A stretch of DNA of 63,707 bases, the filler included, from Octopus bimaculoides (Eukaryota), in the NCBI RefSeq assembly GCF_001194135.2. It is 6 parts of 5 records of this genome, joined end to end, with 100 filler letters (N's around TTAATTAATTAA, not from the genome) between each part and the next. Parts side by side here need not be neighbours in the genome. Positions count along the whole stretch, not along the records: positions 62,268 to 63,707 come from NW_026345611.1; 5 more parts are not named here. One strand, given 5' to 3'. This document shows, in pieces, positions 63,545-63,707 of the stretch; positions within the stretch are counted from its first letter, which is position 1, and each line of letters opens with the position of its first letter. The notes under the pieces were generated by a model. It had not been told where the DNA came from. It searched no databases and was given only the letters and a program-made list of their open reading frames with translations. Made by a program: the position numbers and the translations under genes.

Positions 63545-63707
63545 GAGAATATACAAATAATAACAACAGACGAGGACAGGTGGTGTAAATAACAAAAGTA
63601 TATATTAGTATGACGCGGTAGTAGCTGATTGTGTTGTGATGGGGGTGGTAGTTGTCAATGAGGCCATGGCATTGGTGTTTGTTGTGATGTTTGTTGTTGT
63701 TGTTGTT

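Overview
AT-rich, gap-riddled eukaryotic scaffold. The SINE families, microsatellite density and TTAGGG repeats suggest a cephalopod, probably Octopus (inference, not verified). I recognise no intact host gene. Almost all ORFs in the supplied track are artefacts of N-gaps or microsatellites. The window is mostly decayed mobile elements: RTE, Tx1/L1, R4/Dong-like and CR1-like LINE relics, Penelope-like elements (PLEs), mariner relics, MITEs and tRNA-derived SINEs. Most notable: (1) at least six dispersed type I hammerhead-ribozyme-like motifs whose helix III is self-complementary in each, one of them structurally complete (18161-18197); (2) an RTE LINE family ending in three tandem C2H2 zinc fingers (two copies, one with a twin-priming-type inversion); (3) a ~390 bp palindrome built from two ribozyme-bearing repeats; (4) a foldback element with internal TTAGGG arrays; (5) R4/Dong-like LINEs inside (TAA)n tails of a short repeat family; (6) a nested Tx1/Penelope cluster. 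Assembly artefacts: an Illumina adapter remnant, TTAATTAATTAA gap linkers and a false duplication. All alignments and translations were done by eye, so element boundaries are approximate.
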